The notes beneath the pieces are model-generated. The model had not been told where the DNA came from. It worked only from the letters and a program-made list of their open reading frames with translations, and did no database searches. Positions 1-11,813 of a DNA stretch of 64,000 nucleotides are shown piece after piece. This stretch comes from an uncultured Methanosarcinaceae archaeon. Its GTDB lineage: Archaea; Halobacteriota; Methanosarcinia; Methanosarcinales; Methanosarcinaceae. Each line of letters opens with the position of its first letter. The stretch's first letter is position 1. The DNA is taken from contig CAVSHT010000013.1 in NCBI GenBank assembly GCA_963727895.1, positions 121,280-185,279 of the forward strand, given 5' to 3'. Both the position numbers and the translations under genes were made by a program.

Positions 1-1607
1 TTACGCAGAGAATTTGTGGTGTATGTCCTCTTGCTCATGGATTAACAGCCACAAATGCTCTTGACGATCTTTATGGCGTGGCTGATCAAGTTCCAAAAGA
101 CGCCCTGATGATGAGGAACATTTTCCAGGGTCTGAACATGGTTGCAAGCCATGCAACTCACATATATGTTCTCTTTGGTCCTGACCTTGCAAACCCAGCA
201 TACAAAAATGTCCTTACAACGCTGGGAGACACCGGAAACGCAGTCTGGAAAGAGCTGGTCGGAAGGTTTGCCCCAATCAGCTACAAGATGGATGGTGTGG
301 CTGTACCTGTGGGAAGCTCCTATCTTGCAGCAATTCCTGAGAAGAAACGCCTTCAGGAAGCTATTGCACTCATTGCCGGTAGAATGCCCGGTCCATCAAC
401 TCTTTACCCAGGTGGATATGCCTACCCGGCTACTGTTGCAGATGTGACCAAACTTGCCTCTTATTATCTGCAGGTCATGGACTTCGTATCCAAACACACT
501 CTGAAAGTTGATTTCGATACCTGGATCCAAAATACCTATAAGGCAACTTCTCCTCAAAAAGCAGTAAGCTTTGTTACTGAACACCTGACTGACCTCGTTA
601 ACAAATCAAAGAACAATGACTTCTCCAAAGATGCAGGTTGGGGAGATGTGGAATTCTATGCAGCGTTTGGTTCAGAACTCGTAGGAGAAAAACTTCTTGG
701 TCTTCCAGCAAGCCTTAAACATGATACAATCGGTGGGTACAAAGACCCCTCAAAGATCTGTTTCGTTGCATACGGTGGATATTACAAATACAAAGACGGA
801 TACGACCCAAGGAGTCCTGCAGGAGACCGCATTTTCACTTCAGGTGTGGTAACAGGAAATCTCGAATATCAGAAATTTGATCCAGATAAAGTTACGGAGA
901 GTACTGCTCACTCCTTCTACCAGAACAGTGCTAACGACCTCGCACCAGCAAAAGGTGAAACCGTTCCATATACGGATGCAAATAAAATCGCCTTCACAGG
1001 AGGTTCAAATAGCCAGTACAGCTGGGATAAAGCTCCAAGATACAATGGAATCCCAGGTGAAGTTGGACCTCTTGCACGCATGTTAAATATAAAAGAACCA
1101 CTTGTAACTGGTCTGGCTCAAACCTTTGCTGAGAAAGGTTACTCTGCAGCTAATGTTTACACCAGAATGTTAGCTCGTATGCAGGAAATGGCAATTCTCG
1201 CATATGAACTTCTCAACTGGGTGACAGTTGACTATACACCGGGAGGCAAAATTTCCGTGCCTATAGACCTTAATGCCGCTAAAAATAATCAGGGACTGGG
1301 TCTCTGGGAAGCACCTCGTGGAGCCCTTGGTCACTGGATCTCTGCTGGCAGCGATGGAAAGGTTTCCAACTATCAGGCTATAGTTCCAGGTAGCTGGTTA
1401 ATGTCTCCAAGAGACAGCAAAGGCATTCCTGGTCCACTAGAACAGTCTCTCATTGGTTCAAAAATTAACCCAGTTGGAAATGTCGATTATACCAATCCAG
1501 TTGGTATCTTCCATATGGGCAGGTCCTATGATCCTTGCATTTCATGTGCAGTCCACACCATTGACCTGACTGGAAAGAACGCTCCAAATACTCTAAGAAT
1601 ACTTTAA
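1..1607 (+). CDS. vhtA: Methanophenazine-reducing [NiFe] hydrogenase large subunit (5' end outside window)
   Basis: Frame is open from position 3 (TQRICGVCP, the L1 motif) to DPCISCAVH (L2 motif) plus a cleavable C-terminal tail; followed by cytochrome b and maturation protease genes. Confidence 0.9.
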   Translation, partial: TQRICGVCPLAHGLTATNALDDLYGVADQVPKDALMMRNIFQGLNMVASHATHIYVLFGPDLANPAYKNVLTTLGDTGNAVWKELVGRFAPISYKMDGVAVPVGSSYLAAIPEKKRLQEAIALIAGRMPGPSTLYPGGYAYPATVADVTKLASYYLQVMDFVSKHTLKVDFDTWIQNTYKATSPQKAVSFVTEHLTDLVNKSKNNDFSKDAGWGDVEFYAAFGSELVGEKLLGLPASLKHDTIGGYKDPSKICFVAYGGYYKYKDGYDPRSPAGDRIFTSGVVTGNLEYQKFDPDKVTESTAHSFYQNSANDLAPAKGETVPYTDANKIAFTGGSNSQYSWDKAPRYNGIPGEVGPLARMLNIKEPLVTGLAQTFAEKGYSAANVYTRMLARMQEMAILAYELLNWVTVDYTPGGKISVPIDLNAAKNNQGLGLWEAPRGALGHWISAGSDGKVSNYQAIVPGSWLMSPRDSKGIPGPLEQSLIGSKINPVGNVDYTNPVGIFHMGRSYDPCISCAVHTIDLTGKNAPNTLRIL

Positions 1608-1633
1608 GTATAATACAAGGGAGATGACCCATA

Positions 1634-2392
1634 ATGAAATCAAATAACAACCAGTCAATGGTTGTTGAGCGCTATACCGTTCCTGACAGGATAGCTCATA
1701 CTGTACATGTCATAACGATGCTGGTGCTCATCATCACCGGGTTAAAAATCTATATGGGATGGAGCTTTATGAGTTTCCATACTGCTCGTGGTCTTCACAT
1801 GATAATGGTCCCGTTCCTGCTTGCAGTGAACTGGATCCTTATCCCTTACAACATCTTCTCTGAAGGCCATGGGTTAATGGGAAAAATATCCCACTTCATA
1901 GATACTTATATTTTTTTGCCTAAAGATGCAGTGCGTCTGGCTAAGGGAATTTTCAGCAAGGGTAGCAAGTATCCAGCGTTTAGTATCTATGATGAAGAAA
2001 CAGGCCACTACAAAAACAAACTTCACCCTTTAATGAAGGTCTTAATCCCAATTGAAGGTCTGGCCCTCTTCTTAATTGCGCTTTCGGGTATTGTTCTGTA
2101 CAAGCTTGACTGGTCGCTCTTTGGCCTTCCAATAGCTTCATGGATCCTGTCTGTAGGAAATATTATTGCACCGATATTCAATATGAATTCCTTGGAGTTC
2201 CTCAGGACTGTTCACCTGTTAATGACTTACTGGTTTATCTTTGAATTGGTAGTGCATGTTGGTATTCTGGAATTTGATCCTCATGTTTGGAAGTATTACA
2301 AAGCTATCTTCCTGACAGGAAAAGAAGATTTCTCAGATACTCATTACTCCGAGAGTATGACAAAGTATTTCCCTACAGAGGAAAGGCCCTGA
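1634..2392 (+). CDS. vhtC: Hydrogenase b-type cytochrome subunit
   Basis: Hydrophobic helices with His heme ligands (IAHTVH, GLHM, TVHL, VVHV); operon position. Confidence 0.88.
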   Translation: MKSNNNQSMVVERYTVPDRIAHTVHVITMLVLIITGLKIYMGWSFMSFHTARGLHMIMVPFLLAVNWILIPYNIFSEGHGLMGKISHFIDTYIFLPKDAVRLAKGIFSKGSKYPAFSIYDEETGHYKNKLHPLMKVLIPIEGLALFLIALSGIVLYKLDWSLFGLPIASWILSVGNIIAPIFNMNSLEFLRTVHLLMTYWFIFELVVHVGILEFDPHVWKYYKAIFLTGKEDFSDTHYSESMTKYFPTEERP

Positions 2393-2486
2393 AAATCTCT
2401 AAAGAAAATATTAAATTTAAGGTAGTATAGGCATGTTGAAAAGCCTGTACACACCTTTTAACTTCTTTTTTTGTTTGAGTGAAAAT

Positions 2487-2972
2487 ATGTCTATACTAAA
2501 TACTCCTGTTCGCATTCTTGGCTTTGGAAGTCCATTAATGGGAAATGATGGTGTTGGGCTTAAAGTCATTGAAGCTCTTCAAAAAACCGAACTGAAAGAC
2601 CTCAAAGATCTTGATATTGTAGACGCAGGGGTATGTGGACTTGACCTTTTGAATCTTCTCGATGGCGCCAGGAAGGTCATTATAGTTGACGCAATTTTAG
2701 CTAACAGCTCTCTCGGTTCAGTCCATCGTATAGAAGGAAAAGATCTACTGGCTGGCACTGAATTTCACCCTCTGATTTCGGTACATGACCTTACAGTTAC
2801 AGATGTATTGAAAATAGGGGAACATGTACAGTCGCTTCCGGAAATTGTGGTCATTGGGATTGAGATAGGATCAATTGTCACGGAAGCTACGCAAGAAATC
2901 AGTCCAGATGTCCTTAAAGGTATGAATAAAGCCATAAAGCTCATAAGGGAAGAGATTTCTCAATCATTATAA
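2487..2972 (+). CDS. vhtD: Hydrogenase maturation protease (HyaD/HycI family)
   Basis: GxGSPLMGNDGVG, DAG, IIVDA and SVHDL motifs; ATG at 2487 preferred over 2433. Confidence 0.88.
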   Translation: MSILNTPVRILGFGSPLMGNDGVGLKVIEALQKTELKDLKDLDIVDAGVCGLDLLNLLDGARKVIIVDAILANSSLGSVHRIEGKDLLAGTEFHPLISVHDLTVTDVLKIGEHVQSLPEIVVIGIEIGSIVTEATQEISPDVLKGMNKAIKLIREEISQSL

Positions 2973-3118
2973 TTATTTTTATTAAATATACTTTAATTTT
3001 ATTAAATGTACTTTGGTTTCGGTCTATTTTTTCGTTTTTCCAATTAATCGATATCATGAATTCGAGCGAAAAAATAAAGAAAGATAATGCTGTTACTAAG
3101 GCTTTTTTTCTTTTAATG

Positions 3119-4215
3119 ATTATTCGGATTTTCCCGGCACCCAGTTGCTATAGAGTTTTCCACTCAATTAAAGAGTTTTCACTGTCGGTTTCGATGTAAA
3201 ATCTCCATATAAAGGGTTCTTCTATTGCTGAGAATTCAAAATCTACAAGTGTATCAGGTAAAAGTACAGATTCTTTTGCTTCTCCTGTATTTGTTTTTAT
3301 TGTAATGCTTGACTCCTTGACATTAAGGTTACGTACTTCAAGACGCACGGATGTTCCAGCCTCAGCTTCAAAAGAAGAATCACTCCCACTCCAGTTCCTG
3401 CAGCATGGAATTTGCGTCCCTGACTATCAACAGTATGAGGTAGTCGAGTTATAGGTGGAGTTATGGGTTTGGTCACGTGAACCGGAGTTTGTTCAAGCGG
3501 AACAGCCTGTGTCGCCAGAATTGGAGGTCTTGCCACCGGTACTTCAGGTATTTTGATTGTAGGTGCTTCTACCCTTACCCTTGGAGCCTTAGGTGCCTTT
3601 AACGACTGGATTTCAGGTGCCCTTACAAGGTCCTCTACTGGAGATGCCCTTACAAGGTCCTACTGGAGATGCCCTTACAAGGTCCTACTGGAGATGCCCT
3701 TACAAGGTCCTACTGGAGATGCCCTTACAAGGTCCTACTGGAGATGCCCTTACAAGGTCCTACTGGAGATGCCCTTACAAGGTTCTACTGGAGATGCCCT
3801 TACAAGGTCCTACTGGAGATGCCCTTGGTGTCTGAACCGGAGATTCCGAAGATAATGGAGTTGGAACCTCTGAAATATATGGTTCAGTTGTTGGTAAAGC
3901 CGAAGGTTCGGGTACTCCAGTGATAAATTCCTCATCCAAACTTTCTATAGTCTCTGACCTTATTACTCCATCAACCTTTAGTCCTCGCGACTCTTGGTAA
4001 CTTCTAAAAGCCAGCTCGGTTTCATCACCAAAGATGCCATTAGCACCAACCCCGGGTACAGGAAAATCAAGAAATATCAGTGCCTGCTGAATTTTCCTCA
4101 TTGCAGAGCCATGATCTCCTTTTTGGAGAACTCTTTCATTGTCATAACATGCCTCCAGAACTTCATCGCTTGCAAATCTCGACGACCTTAAGTCGTGACC
4201 ATCCCCAATAGTCAT
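3119..4215 (-). pseudogene. Peptidoglycan-binding (PG_binding_1-like) domain protein with Pro-rich linker, frameshifted
   Basis: N-terminal LQKGDHG...IQQAL...GIFGDETELA..YQESRGLKVDGVI..ET motif; frame broken in the 25-bp array and at least twice more; fragments 3775-4215, 3297-3536 and 3148-3348 are collinear. Confidence 0.75.
3619..3826. repeat. Tandem repeat: one 27-bp unit, seven 25-bp units (GCCCTTACAAGGTCCTACTGGAGAT) and a partial unit
   Basis: Read directly; the unit at 3771 has one C>T change; no spacers. Confidence 0.97.
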
Positions 4216-4486
4216 ATTTTATCCCCCATATGTGCTGCATAGTTCTTCCCTTAGATAAAACACTATAATGTTACTAACCTTAAAATTTCAATAAATAAAA
4301 TAGTAATATTAAAATATATAAGTTTTTAGAAAATAATGTTTATTAAATGTAATCATAAAGATGTGATAGCCTTTAATATATTGGAGTCTATTTTTTTATA
4401 AATAATTAGATAAATATTATATGTAACATGGGGGGAGTGGAACGGATAATGAAAACTTACTTGAAAAGTTTCAAAATCTCGATTTT

Positions 4487-5674
4487 ATGAAAATGGATAG
4501 ACGGACTTTTATAAAAGCTGTTGGGATGTTAGGAGCCTCGTTTTTTTTACAAACATATAAAAGTGATATAGCAAAAGCCCTTCAACTTTCAGAAACTAAA
4601 GTGTTATGGCTTCATGGGGTAATGGATAGTGGCTGTACTATATCAATGCTGGATGGAGGATCTCCTGATATCATAGAATTCCTTCAGGAGTATAACCTCA
4701 AACTTCTCTATCACGAAGTCTTGATGATGCAGCAGGGAATTTTCGTAGACGGGAAACTTGCAAATACCAGTGACCTTAATTCTGAAATTCTGCTGGATGA
4801 GATATTGGAAAAAGATCAGAGTTATGTACTGGTCTCTGAAGGAGCAGTTTCAAATGGACCTCAAGGTTCCGGTAAATATCTTATGCTTGGGGGAAAACCC
4901 TACAAGGATATTTATGCAAAAGCTGCAAAAAATGCCTCAGTAATTATTGCAATTGGAAATTGTGCGACTAATGGTGGAGTGAACGCTGCTAAGAGCGAGA
5001 TAGCTGAACTCCTGGATCCACGTGGAATTGCTTTTACTATGGAAGATTATTCAAAGGGAATTTTAGGTATCCTTGACATCAAAAAACCTGTAATTAATCT
5101 TAGTGGTTGCCCCACTCATCCAGACTGGGTTTTTTTGACAATAGGTGCAGTTGTTCTGGGAAAGATAAAGGTACCAGATGATTTGTCTTCTGTGCTGGAT
5201 CACTGGAAACGGCCAAAAGTTTTCTTCCCGCCTGACCACGTTATTCATGATAACTGTTCCCGTCGCGGATACTATGACCGTGGAGAATTTGAGCTGACAG
5301 TGGGCGGACCCAAATGCCTCTGGAAATTGGGATGTAAGGGGCCTTATACCCATGCAGACTGTGCTACTCGCCACTGGAACGGTCATCTTAATTTCTGTCC
5401 TCAGGCGGGTTCTCCATGTATTGGCTGCGTTCAACCAGGCTTCCCAGATAGCACCAGACCTTTTTTTGTGGAAATTGAAAAAACAGGAATTGTGGGCACG
5501 AATATCACTACTGTAGCTGGAGTGGCAATAGGAGGTGCATTACTTGCCGCAGGTGCTCACGCTGTAAGAAGAACTGTCATGAAAAGACCTGAGGACGAGG
5601 GGGAGATTGCAAAAGAAAGCATTCCAGAAGAAACGGGAGAGGAAACAGGAGAAGAAACAGGAGGTGAACAATAA
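4487..5674 (+). CDS. vhxG: [NiFe] hydrogenase small subunit with Tat signal
   Basis: DRRTFIK twin-arginine motif; [25 protein letters not shown] and [12 protein letters not shown]eS motifs; C-terminal TM anchor. Confidence 0.88.
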   Translation: MKMDRRTFIKAVGMLGASFFLQTYKSDIAKALQLSETKVLWLHGVMDSGCTISMLDGGSPDIIEFLQEYNLKLLYHEVLMMQQGIFVDGKLANTSDLNSEILLDEILEKDQSYVLVSEGAVSNGPQGSGKYLMLGGKPYKDIYAKAAKNASVIIAIGNCATNGGVNAAKSEIAELLDPRGIAFTMEDYSKGILGILDIKKPVINLSGCPTHPDWVFLTIGAVVLGKIKVPDDLSSVLDHWKRPKVFFPPDHVIHDNCSRRGYYDRGEFELTVGGPKCLWKLGCKGPYTHADCATRHWNGHLNFCPQAGSPCIGCVQPGFPDSTRPFFVEIEKTGIVGTNITTVAGVAIGGALLAAGAHAVRRTVMKRPEDEGEIAKESIPEETGEETGEETGGEQ

Positions 5675-7464
5675 TGGTACAGGTCACTGTTGATCCTGTT
5701 TCGAGAATAGAAGGACACTACAGGATCAATACTGAAGTAGATGGGGAAGGCGTAATTACTGACGCTCAGAGTAATGGCTTGCAATTAAGAGGTTTTGAAC
5801 GTTTTCTACAGCATCAGGATCCCAGGGATGCAGCACTTCTGTCCCAAAGAATCTGTGGGGTTTGTCCGGTTAGTCACGGAATAGCTGCAGCAAATGCTCT
5901 TGATGAACTTTTTGGGGTTGCAGGTGAAGTCCCAAAAGACGGTCTTTTAATGCGAAATGTTCAGCAAGCTTTGAATTTTATAGCCAGCCATGCAGCACAT
6001 ATCTACGTTCTCTGGGGTCCTGATCTTGCAAACCCGGCTTACCGTGACATCCTGGCAAAATATGGAGATGTTGGAAATGCAGTATGGAAAGAGCTTCAAG
6101 GGCGTTTTGCACCTTTGATTTATCAGATTGATGGTACCAGTTATCCGGCTGGCTCGTCCTATATAGGTGCTATAGAAGAGTTTCGTCGCCTGCATGAAGC
6201 TATTTCTTTGATAGCTAGCAAAATGCCCCATCCGGTTCTTCAGCATGTTGGAGGAGTAGTTTATTCTCCAACAGTTGCTGATATTGGGCAAATTTATAGT
6301 TACGTCTCGAAAACGATGGAATTTATTGAAGCATTTACCCTTGGAGTATCTCCAGATACGTGGATTGAAAATACATACAGGGCTTCTTCCCCAGAAAAGG
6401 CTGTTAATTTTGTAATCGAACACCTGAAAGAACTTCTGAACAAATCCCTTACAAACAAGGACTTTTCGCACTCTGCAGGCTGGGGAGACGTTCCGCTATT
6501 TGCAGCTTTTGGCTCGGAGTTAATAGGAGAGAAACTTCTAGGTCTGCCTATCAGTATGAAAATGGATCTTGCAGGGACTTACAAAGATCCTGATAAAATC
6601 GGTTTTCTTTCTAATGGAGTTTTCTTTAAACCGGAAAAAGGAGATGGATACGATCCAACAAGTCCTGCAGACAGTAGGGTTATCCCTTCTGGCTATATGA
6701 ATGGACATTTCAAGCTTGAAAAATTTGACTATAAGAAGATATCAGAAAGCGTTAGCCATTCCTTTTATATTGACAACGTAGAAGACCGTCCTCCCTGGAA
6801 AGGGGTTACAGTTCCAGAAGGAGACCCTGAAAAAATCGATTATACAAAAGGATCAAAAAGTCGTTACTCATGGGCAAAAGCTCCCCATTATAATGGAATT
6901 CCGTGTGAGGTCGGGCCTATTTCTCGTATGATAATTATGAGAGAACCGCTTGTTACGGGATTGGTAAAAACTTTCCAGGACAACGGTTACTATCCTGTAA
7001 ACAACTACACCCGTATGATTGCAAGAATGCAGGAAATTCTTGTAGTGGTTCCAGAACTTATAAAATGGCTCACACAGGATCTTCAAGCAGGCGGAAAAGT
7101 TGCTGTGTATACAGATCTTTCTATGGCAAAAAATTCCACAGGAATGGGTTTATGGGAAGCTCCGCGAGGGGCACTTGGACATTGGATTGCCACGGGGTCG
7201 GATTCTATGGTTACCCTTTACCAGGCTGTGGTTCCGAGTACCTGGAACCTTGCCCCCAGGAATTCAAAGGATATTCCAAGTCCTGTTGAGCAAGCTCTGA
7301 TAGGTACCAAAATTTCAGCTGCCGAAAATGCACTTGGAGTGGATTATTCAAATCCTCTTGGAATTCTGCATACTGCTCGTTCTTATGATCCATGCCTGGC
7401 ATGTGCAGTGCATACAATTGATAAAACCGGAAAGCAGCCGGATCACATAATCAAAGTGATTTAA
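5674..7464 (+). CDS. vhxA: [NiFe] hydrogenase large subunit (paralog of vhtA)
   Basis: RIEGH, RICGVCP and DPCLACAVH motifs; TAATG overlap with the small-subunit gene. Confidence 0.88.
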   Translation: MVQVTVDPVSRIEGHYRINTEVDGEGVITDAQSNGLQLRGFERFLQHQDPRDAALLSQRICGVCPVSHGIAAANALDELFGVAGEVPKDGLLMRNVQQALNFIASHAAHIYVLWGPDLANPAYRDILAKYGDVGNAVWKELQGRFAPLIYQIDGTSYPAGSSYIGAIEEFRRLHEAISLIASKMPHPVLQHVGGVVYSPTVADIGQIYSYVSKTMEFIEAFTLGVSPDTWIENTYRASSPEKAVNFVIEHLKELLNKSLTNKDFSHSAGWGDVPLFAAFGSELIGEKLLGLPISMKMDLAGTYKDPDKIGFLSNGVFFKPEKGDGYDPTSPADSRVIPSGYMNGHFKLEKFDYKKISESVSHSFYIDNVEDRPPWKGVTVPEGDPEKIDYTKGSKSRYSWAKAPHYNGIPCEVGPISRMIIMREPLVTGLVKTFQDNGYYPVNNYTRMIARMQEILVVVPELIKWLTQDLQAGGKVAVYTDLSMAKNSTGMGLWEAPRGALGHWIATGSDSMVTLYQAVVPSTWNLAPRNSKDIPSPVEQALIGTKISAAENALGVDYSNPLGILHTARSYDPCLACAVHTIDKTGKQPDHIIKVI

Positions 7465-7477
7465 AGGAGGCTAAAAT

Positions 7478-8269
7478 ATGGTAAAATCTGCTGAAAAATC
7501 TGTCTCTACAAGAATGGTTGTTGAACGCTATACCTGGCTTGAGAGGGTTACTCATCTGGTGCATCTTATTACCTTGTTTGTCCTGCTTATTACAGGATTC
7601 AAAATCTATTCTGGCTGGGACTTTATGGCTTTTCAAACCGCTAGAACCTGGCATATGATTGCTGTGCCTTTTTTCCTAGTTGCAAACTGGATTCTAGTCC
7701 CATACAACCTTTTTTCCTGTAAAGAGGAAAGATGCAGTGTCAGAGACAGGATAGTTCATATTAAAGACTCTTACATTTTTGGAAAAACTGATGCAGAACG
7801 TCTCAGCGACATAACAAAAAACTTTTTTGGAAAGGGAAGATATCCGGCTTTTACTATCTATGATGAACATAAAGGACATTATGTAACCAAGCTTCATCCT
7901 TTACTTAAAATTCTGATTGTCCTTGAGAGTATAGCTATTGTCATTGTAGCAATTACAGGAGTAGTGCTTTACAATCTTAACTGGGCTCCTTTAGGAATCC
8001 CTATTTCAGAATGGATACTTTCTATAACCTGGTATTTTACATCTTTTTTCAACATCAATGCTCTGGGGCTACTTCGCTTGTTACATCTGATTGCAGCCTA
8101 CTGGTTCGTTTTTGAACTTGTGGTCCATGTAGGAATTATTGAATTTGATCCATACGCATGGAAATATCATAAGGCAATCTTCTGGTCTGGAAAAGAAGAT
8201 CTCTCAGACAAGCACTTTGTCAAAGTAATTGAGGAGGAAGAACACAAAGGAGTAGCAGGCGAAAATTAA
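7478..8269 (+). CDS. vhxC: Hydrogenase b-type cytochrome subunit
   Basis: Clear paralog of 1634-2392; AGGAGG RBS. Confidence 0.85.
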   Translation: MVKSAEKSVSTRMVVERYTWLERVTHLVHLITLFVLLITGFKIYSGWDFMAFQTARTWHMIAVPFFLVANWILVPYNLFSCKEERCSVRDRIVHIKDSYIFGKTDAERLSDITKNFFGKGRYPAFTIYDEHKGHYVTKLHPLLKILIVLESIAIVIVAITGVVLYNLNWAPLGIPISEWILSITWYFTSFFNINALGLLRLLHLIAAYWFVFELVVHVGIIEFDPYAWKYHKAIFWSGKEDLSDKHFVKVIEEEEHKGVAGEN

Positions 8270-8380
8270 CCGCAAATAAAAATATTATAAAAGAATATGA
8301 AGATTCAAACGATGATATTCATCTACTCATTTTTGAAGCAGTAATCATTAAATTTGTCGAAGAGGCTCTAAAAATATATT

Positions 8381-9052
8381 TTATGGTTGGTGATAATAAA
8401 GAAGTGGAATAAAGATATCATCAACGACCTCATAGATTATTTTATCAGATACAGGTTCATGAGTTGTAAGCAGTTCATATCGTAGTAAATCTACAGGTAG
8501 TGAGATAGTTCGAGGACTGATTTTTTCAAGTTTGATCTCTCCTCGCATCTCAGCGTTTTTCAGAATTGTTATCATGGATGTTGTTAATTTACTTTCGTTT
8601 TTTGGACCTATAATTTGTGGAATTGAAGAAATTTTATCTTTAACAATGTCTTCGATCATGAGACCATGTATGGTTTCAGCACCAATAGTTTGCAGAGGCT
8701 TTGCTATTCCATGAAGAAATAAAAAAATATCATTACGCAGGTCTCCAGTATTTGGTACTTCTTTAGGATAAAGCGGAAGCACGAATTTGCGTAAAATTGA
8801 CAAAACTAGTGTTGGTTTGTTAGCCCAACGACGATAAACGACCGCTTTATTGGTTTTTGCTCGTGAGGCTACTCCTTCCATCGTAAGACGGTTGTAACCG
8901 ACATCACAAAGTTCTTCCCATGCGGCTTCAAGTATAGCATCTTCAAGTATTTTTCCACGGCGTCGTGTTTCTTTGTGGATATTTTTATCACTTTCAGATT
9001 GACGAGACTGTGATAGATTTTCATTGTAGTTATTATCCATGCTTATCGACAT
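8381..9052 (-). CDS. TetR/AcrR family transcriptional regulator
   Basis: ILEAAWEELCDVGYNRLTMEGVASRAKTNKAVVYRRW HTH and P.TGDLR.D motif. Confidence 0.88.
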   Translation of the reverse strand: MSISMDNNYNENLSQSRQSESDKNIHKETRRRGKILEDAILEAAWEELCDVGYNRLTMEGVASRAKTNKAVVYRRWANKPTLVLSILRKFVLPLYPKEVPNTGDLRNDIFLFLHGIAKPLQTIGAETIHGLMIEDIVKDKISSIPQIIGPKNESKLTTSMITILKNAEMRGEIKLEKISPRTISLPVDLLRYELLTTHEPVSDKIIYEVVDDIFIPLLYYHQP

Positions 9053-9298
9053 TTTTGTTATAAAATATTATAAAATTGTTGTATTCCCTAGATCTGTTAA
9101 GATCTATTATTTCATATGGAACTTATACTTAGACTTTAGTATGTTTTGTATTAAATCTTCACCACTAATCCCATAACCAAATCTACTGTTATAGCGCAAT
9201 CGAAGACTGTAAGATTGAATAAGATTGTTTATATTTTCAATCATTTTGACAAAAAATAATAAAGAAATTTTTCACGAGCCTTTTGACAATTATTTCCA

Positions 9299-10405
9299 TC
9301 ATCTAATTGAATCTTTCTGAACATTTATCTGCACCGCTGAATCTGGCCTTGTAACTGGCTCATTGTTACTTTTTGACAGTAATAGTGCGGGAATAATTGT
9401 AATTATTGTAAAAACAATCAACAACCAAAAGGCAACGTTGTATGCACTTGCAACAGTTTGAGTACCGGATACTGAGCTATAAGAAAGTTGGTTCTCGACA
9501 ATTGTTGCAAGTATAGCCGATCCGAAAGCTCCCCCAATTGTATTTAAAATTCTTGTTGCAGTACTGGTATGAGAAATTTGATCTCTGTTTAATCCAATAT
9601 ATGCTGAAGCCATTATTGGAATTAATAATCCTCCTAGACCTGCTCCTCTTAGAAGCAGTGCCGCTATCAATAAAATTTGATTTGTATTCGAAGTAGCAAA
9701 GGCAAATGGTAATGTACCGATAGCCGTAACAATAAGGCTTATGACAACTATTATACGAGAGCCTATACGGTCGACTAGCCTTCCAATCCAGCTTCTGGTC
9801 AATAACATACCAACTCCTTGGGGAATTAATAAAAGACCGGCAAATAGAACGCTTTCGCCACGTACTTGCTGGTAGTATAGAGGTAGAAGAAGCATAGATC
9901 CATTCATGATGATGCCTGACAGAAAGAGCGAAGCAGTTGAAGCGGAAAAATTACGCGATTTAAATAGATGAACGTCAAGTGCTGGAGACGTTTTCTTATG
10001 TAAGGCATAGACAATATATATGGCCATAAGAAGCAAGCCAATAACCAATGGAACAACTACCTCATTACAATTAAAGCTGCCATGAGAGCTTACCTGAGAA
10101 ATAGCATAAATGAGTATAGCAAAAGCTGGAGACAACAGAAAAATGCCGATAATATCAAGAGATTGCTTACTGTTGTAAGGCTTCTCAGTCGGTAATCCCC
10201 ACCAAGCCAGAAATAAAGCTATAATAGTGACTGGAATATTTACATAAAAAATCCAACGCCAGTTTAAACTATTTACAATAATCCCACCCAGGACTGGACC
10301 CAGAATTGGTCCCAGCAATGCAGGTATGCTGACAAATGACATCATACGTCCTAAATTCTGGCCACCAGCAGCCTGAACAAGCATTGTTTGCAAAGTTGGA
10401 ATCAG
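9299..10405 (-). pseudogene. DHA2/EmrB-type MFS efflux transporter, 5'-truncated
   Basis: GPILGPVLGG..V..LNWRWIFYVNIP motif lies near the start of the frame, so the first TM helices are missing. Confidence 0.75.
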
Positions 10406-10634
10406 TATTGATAGTGTATCGAATATAGTACAATGTAGTAACTGACGATGAGTATGATTCTGAAAAAATTCATAGTCAACTTAAAGAAGAAATTAAAAAC
10501 CAATAAAAGGAAAGGAAATTCTTTAATCGGGTCAAAGAAATAAAAATTAAATTTATATTACCTATAATAAAAACCAAAAAATTATAAAAAATTGTATAAA
10601 TTAAGGATTTATATAAAGCCATGAAACTCAAAAA

Positions 10635-11813
10635 TCATATCACCAGCTGAAAACTATTAGTCCAGAACACCATCAGAAAACCTTGTAAAAGAGCAAAGGA
10701 TAGCAGAACAAGATCTTCTGAAATGCGGTTTTTAGTAATGTCCGCAAAAAGAATGTAAATTGGAAAAATTACAAGAATAAATCTAGGCATTGACCAGATT
10801 CCTGTAGAAAGTGGAACTAAAATAGAATACATACAAAATAGCCAGTAAGAGAACCGGATTTTTTTGTAAAAAAATATAAAAATAAAGAGAGCAATGGAGG
10901 CAAAAGCGGCGTTAAAAGCTGTGTAGATATCTCCATGATAACCTCTAATTAGAATATCCATAGGATTTCCAGGATGTCTGTTCCACATTACTTGGGCGTG
11001 TGCAAAAGCCATGAAATCCCCAGTTAGATGATAATTATAAATCATAAATAAAATTGTGCCCAGGGGAATTAATGAAAGATAAAACAAGGGTAATATCTCA
11101 TTTTTAGAATTTTTAAGATTTTTTAAGCTTTTATTTTCTATTATCAAGGGCATAAGACCTTCGTAAAGCAAAGGTAACACAACAAAAACACCAGTAGACC
11201 TTGTTAAGGACAAAAAGAATCCTATGATACCAACCAGACGCCATTTACCAGTTCTGGCATAATAGAAACACATCAAAGTAAGAGCAAGATAAAGAGATTC
11301 GGTGAAAACTCCCGAAAGGATAAAAGAAACCGGAAAGAGAAACAGGTATTTTATCGCTTTAGTTGATGTATCTTCATCATAATCGAGCTTTACTAGTTGA
11401 TATAAATAAATACAGGAAACTATTAAACAAAAATTTGATATGAGTAAGCCAGAGATGTAATCATTTCCTATAATCAAACCTAAAAATCTCATAATTAATG
11501 GATAGAGTGGAAAAAACGCAATATTAGCCTGATGTGAAATTATCTGTTCTGGGGAAAATGGAGTGTAACCTGCTTTAGAAATTCCCATATACCATCCTGT
11601 ATCCCAAACACCCCATATATCAAGCCAGCTGTGATGTGTCCATTTAGGTTGGCAGATAAATTGAGGCAGTCCATAAAAAGATATACCTGCTAAAACTTTA
11701 CGGGATAGTACACCGATTATACTCAAAATTATTCGCGTAGTGAAGAACATCAACAGGATATATTTTATTTTAGGAATCTGAAACCTATATTTAGACAATG
11801 AGATTGTATTCAT
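10635..11813 (-). CDS. GT-C fold mannosyltransferase-like membrane protein (PIG-V family)
   Basis: WDTGWY, AFFPLYP, FTESLYL and TRSTG motifs; multipass membrane protein. Confidence 0.8.
   Translation of the reverse strand: MNTISLSKYRFQIPKIKYILLMFFTTRIILSIIGVLSRKVLAGISFYGLPQFICQPKWTHHSWLDIWGVWDTGWYMGISKAGYTPFSPEQIISHQANIAFFPLYPLIMRFLGLIIGNDYISGLLISNFCLIVSCIYLYQLVKLDYDEDTSTKAIKYLFLFPVSFILSGVFTESLYLALTLMCFYYARTGKWRLVGIIGFFLSLTRSTGVFVVLPLLYEGLMPLIIENKSLKNLKNSKNEILPLFYLSLIPLGTILFMIYNYHLTGDFMAFAHAQVMWNRHPGNPMDILIRGYHGDIYTAFNAAFASIALFIFIFFYKKIRFSYWLFCMYSILVPLSTGIWSMPRFILVIFPIYILFADITKNRISEDLVLLSFALLQGFLMVFWTNSFQLVI

Noticed and set aside
3148..3150. Amber read-through of ORF 3148-3348 (also 52465, 62968, 44224, 39304)
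   Set aside because: These TAGs appear only after upstream frameshifts or deletions; the plausible coding sequence continues in another frame
3619..3826. CRISPR array
   Set aside because: Units are directly adjacent with no unique spacers, and there are no cas genes in the window
3553..3923. Three plus-strand ORFs with repeated RSYWRCPY peptides
   Set aside because: Artefacts of a 25-bp repeat that has no stop codon on that strand; the real gene is on the minus strand
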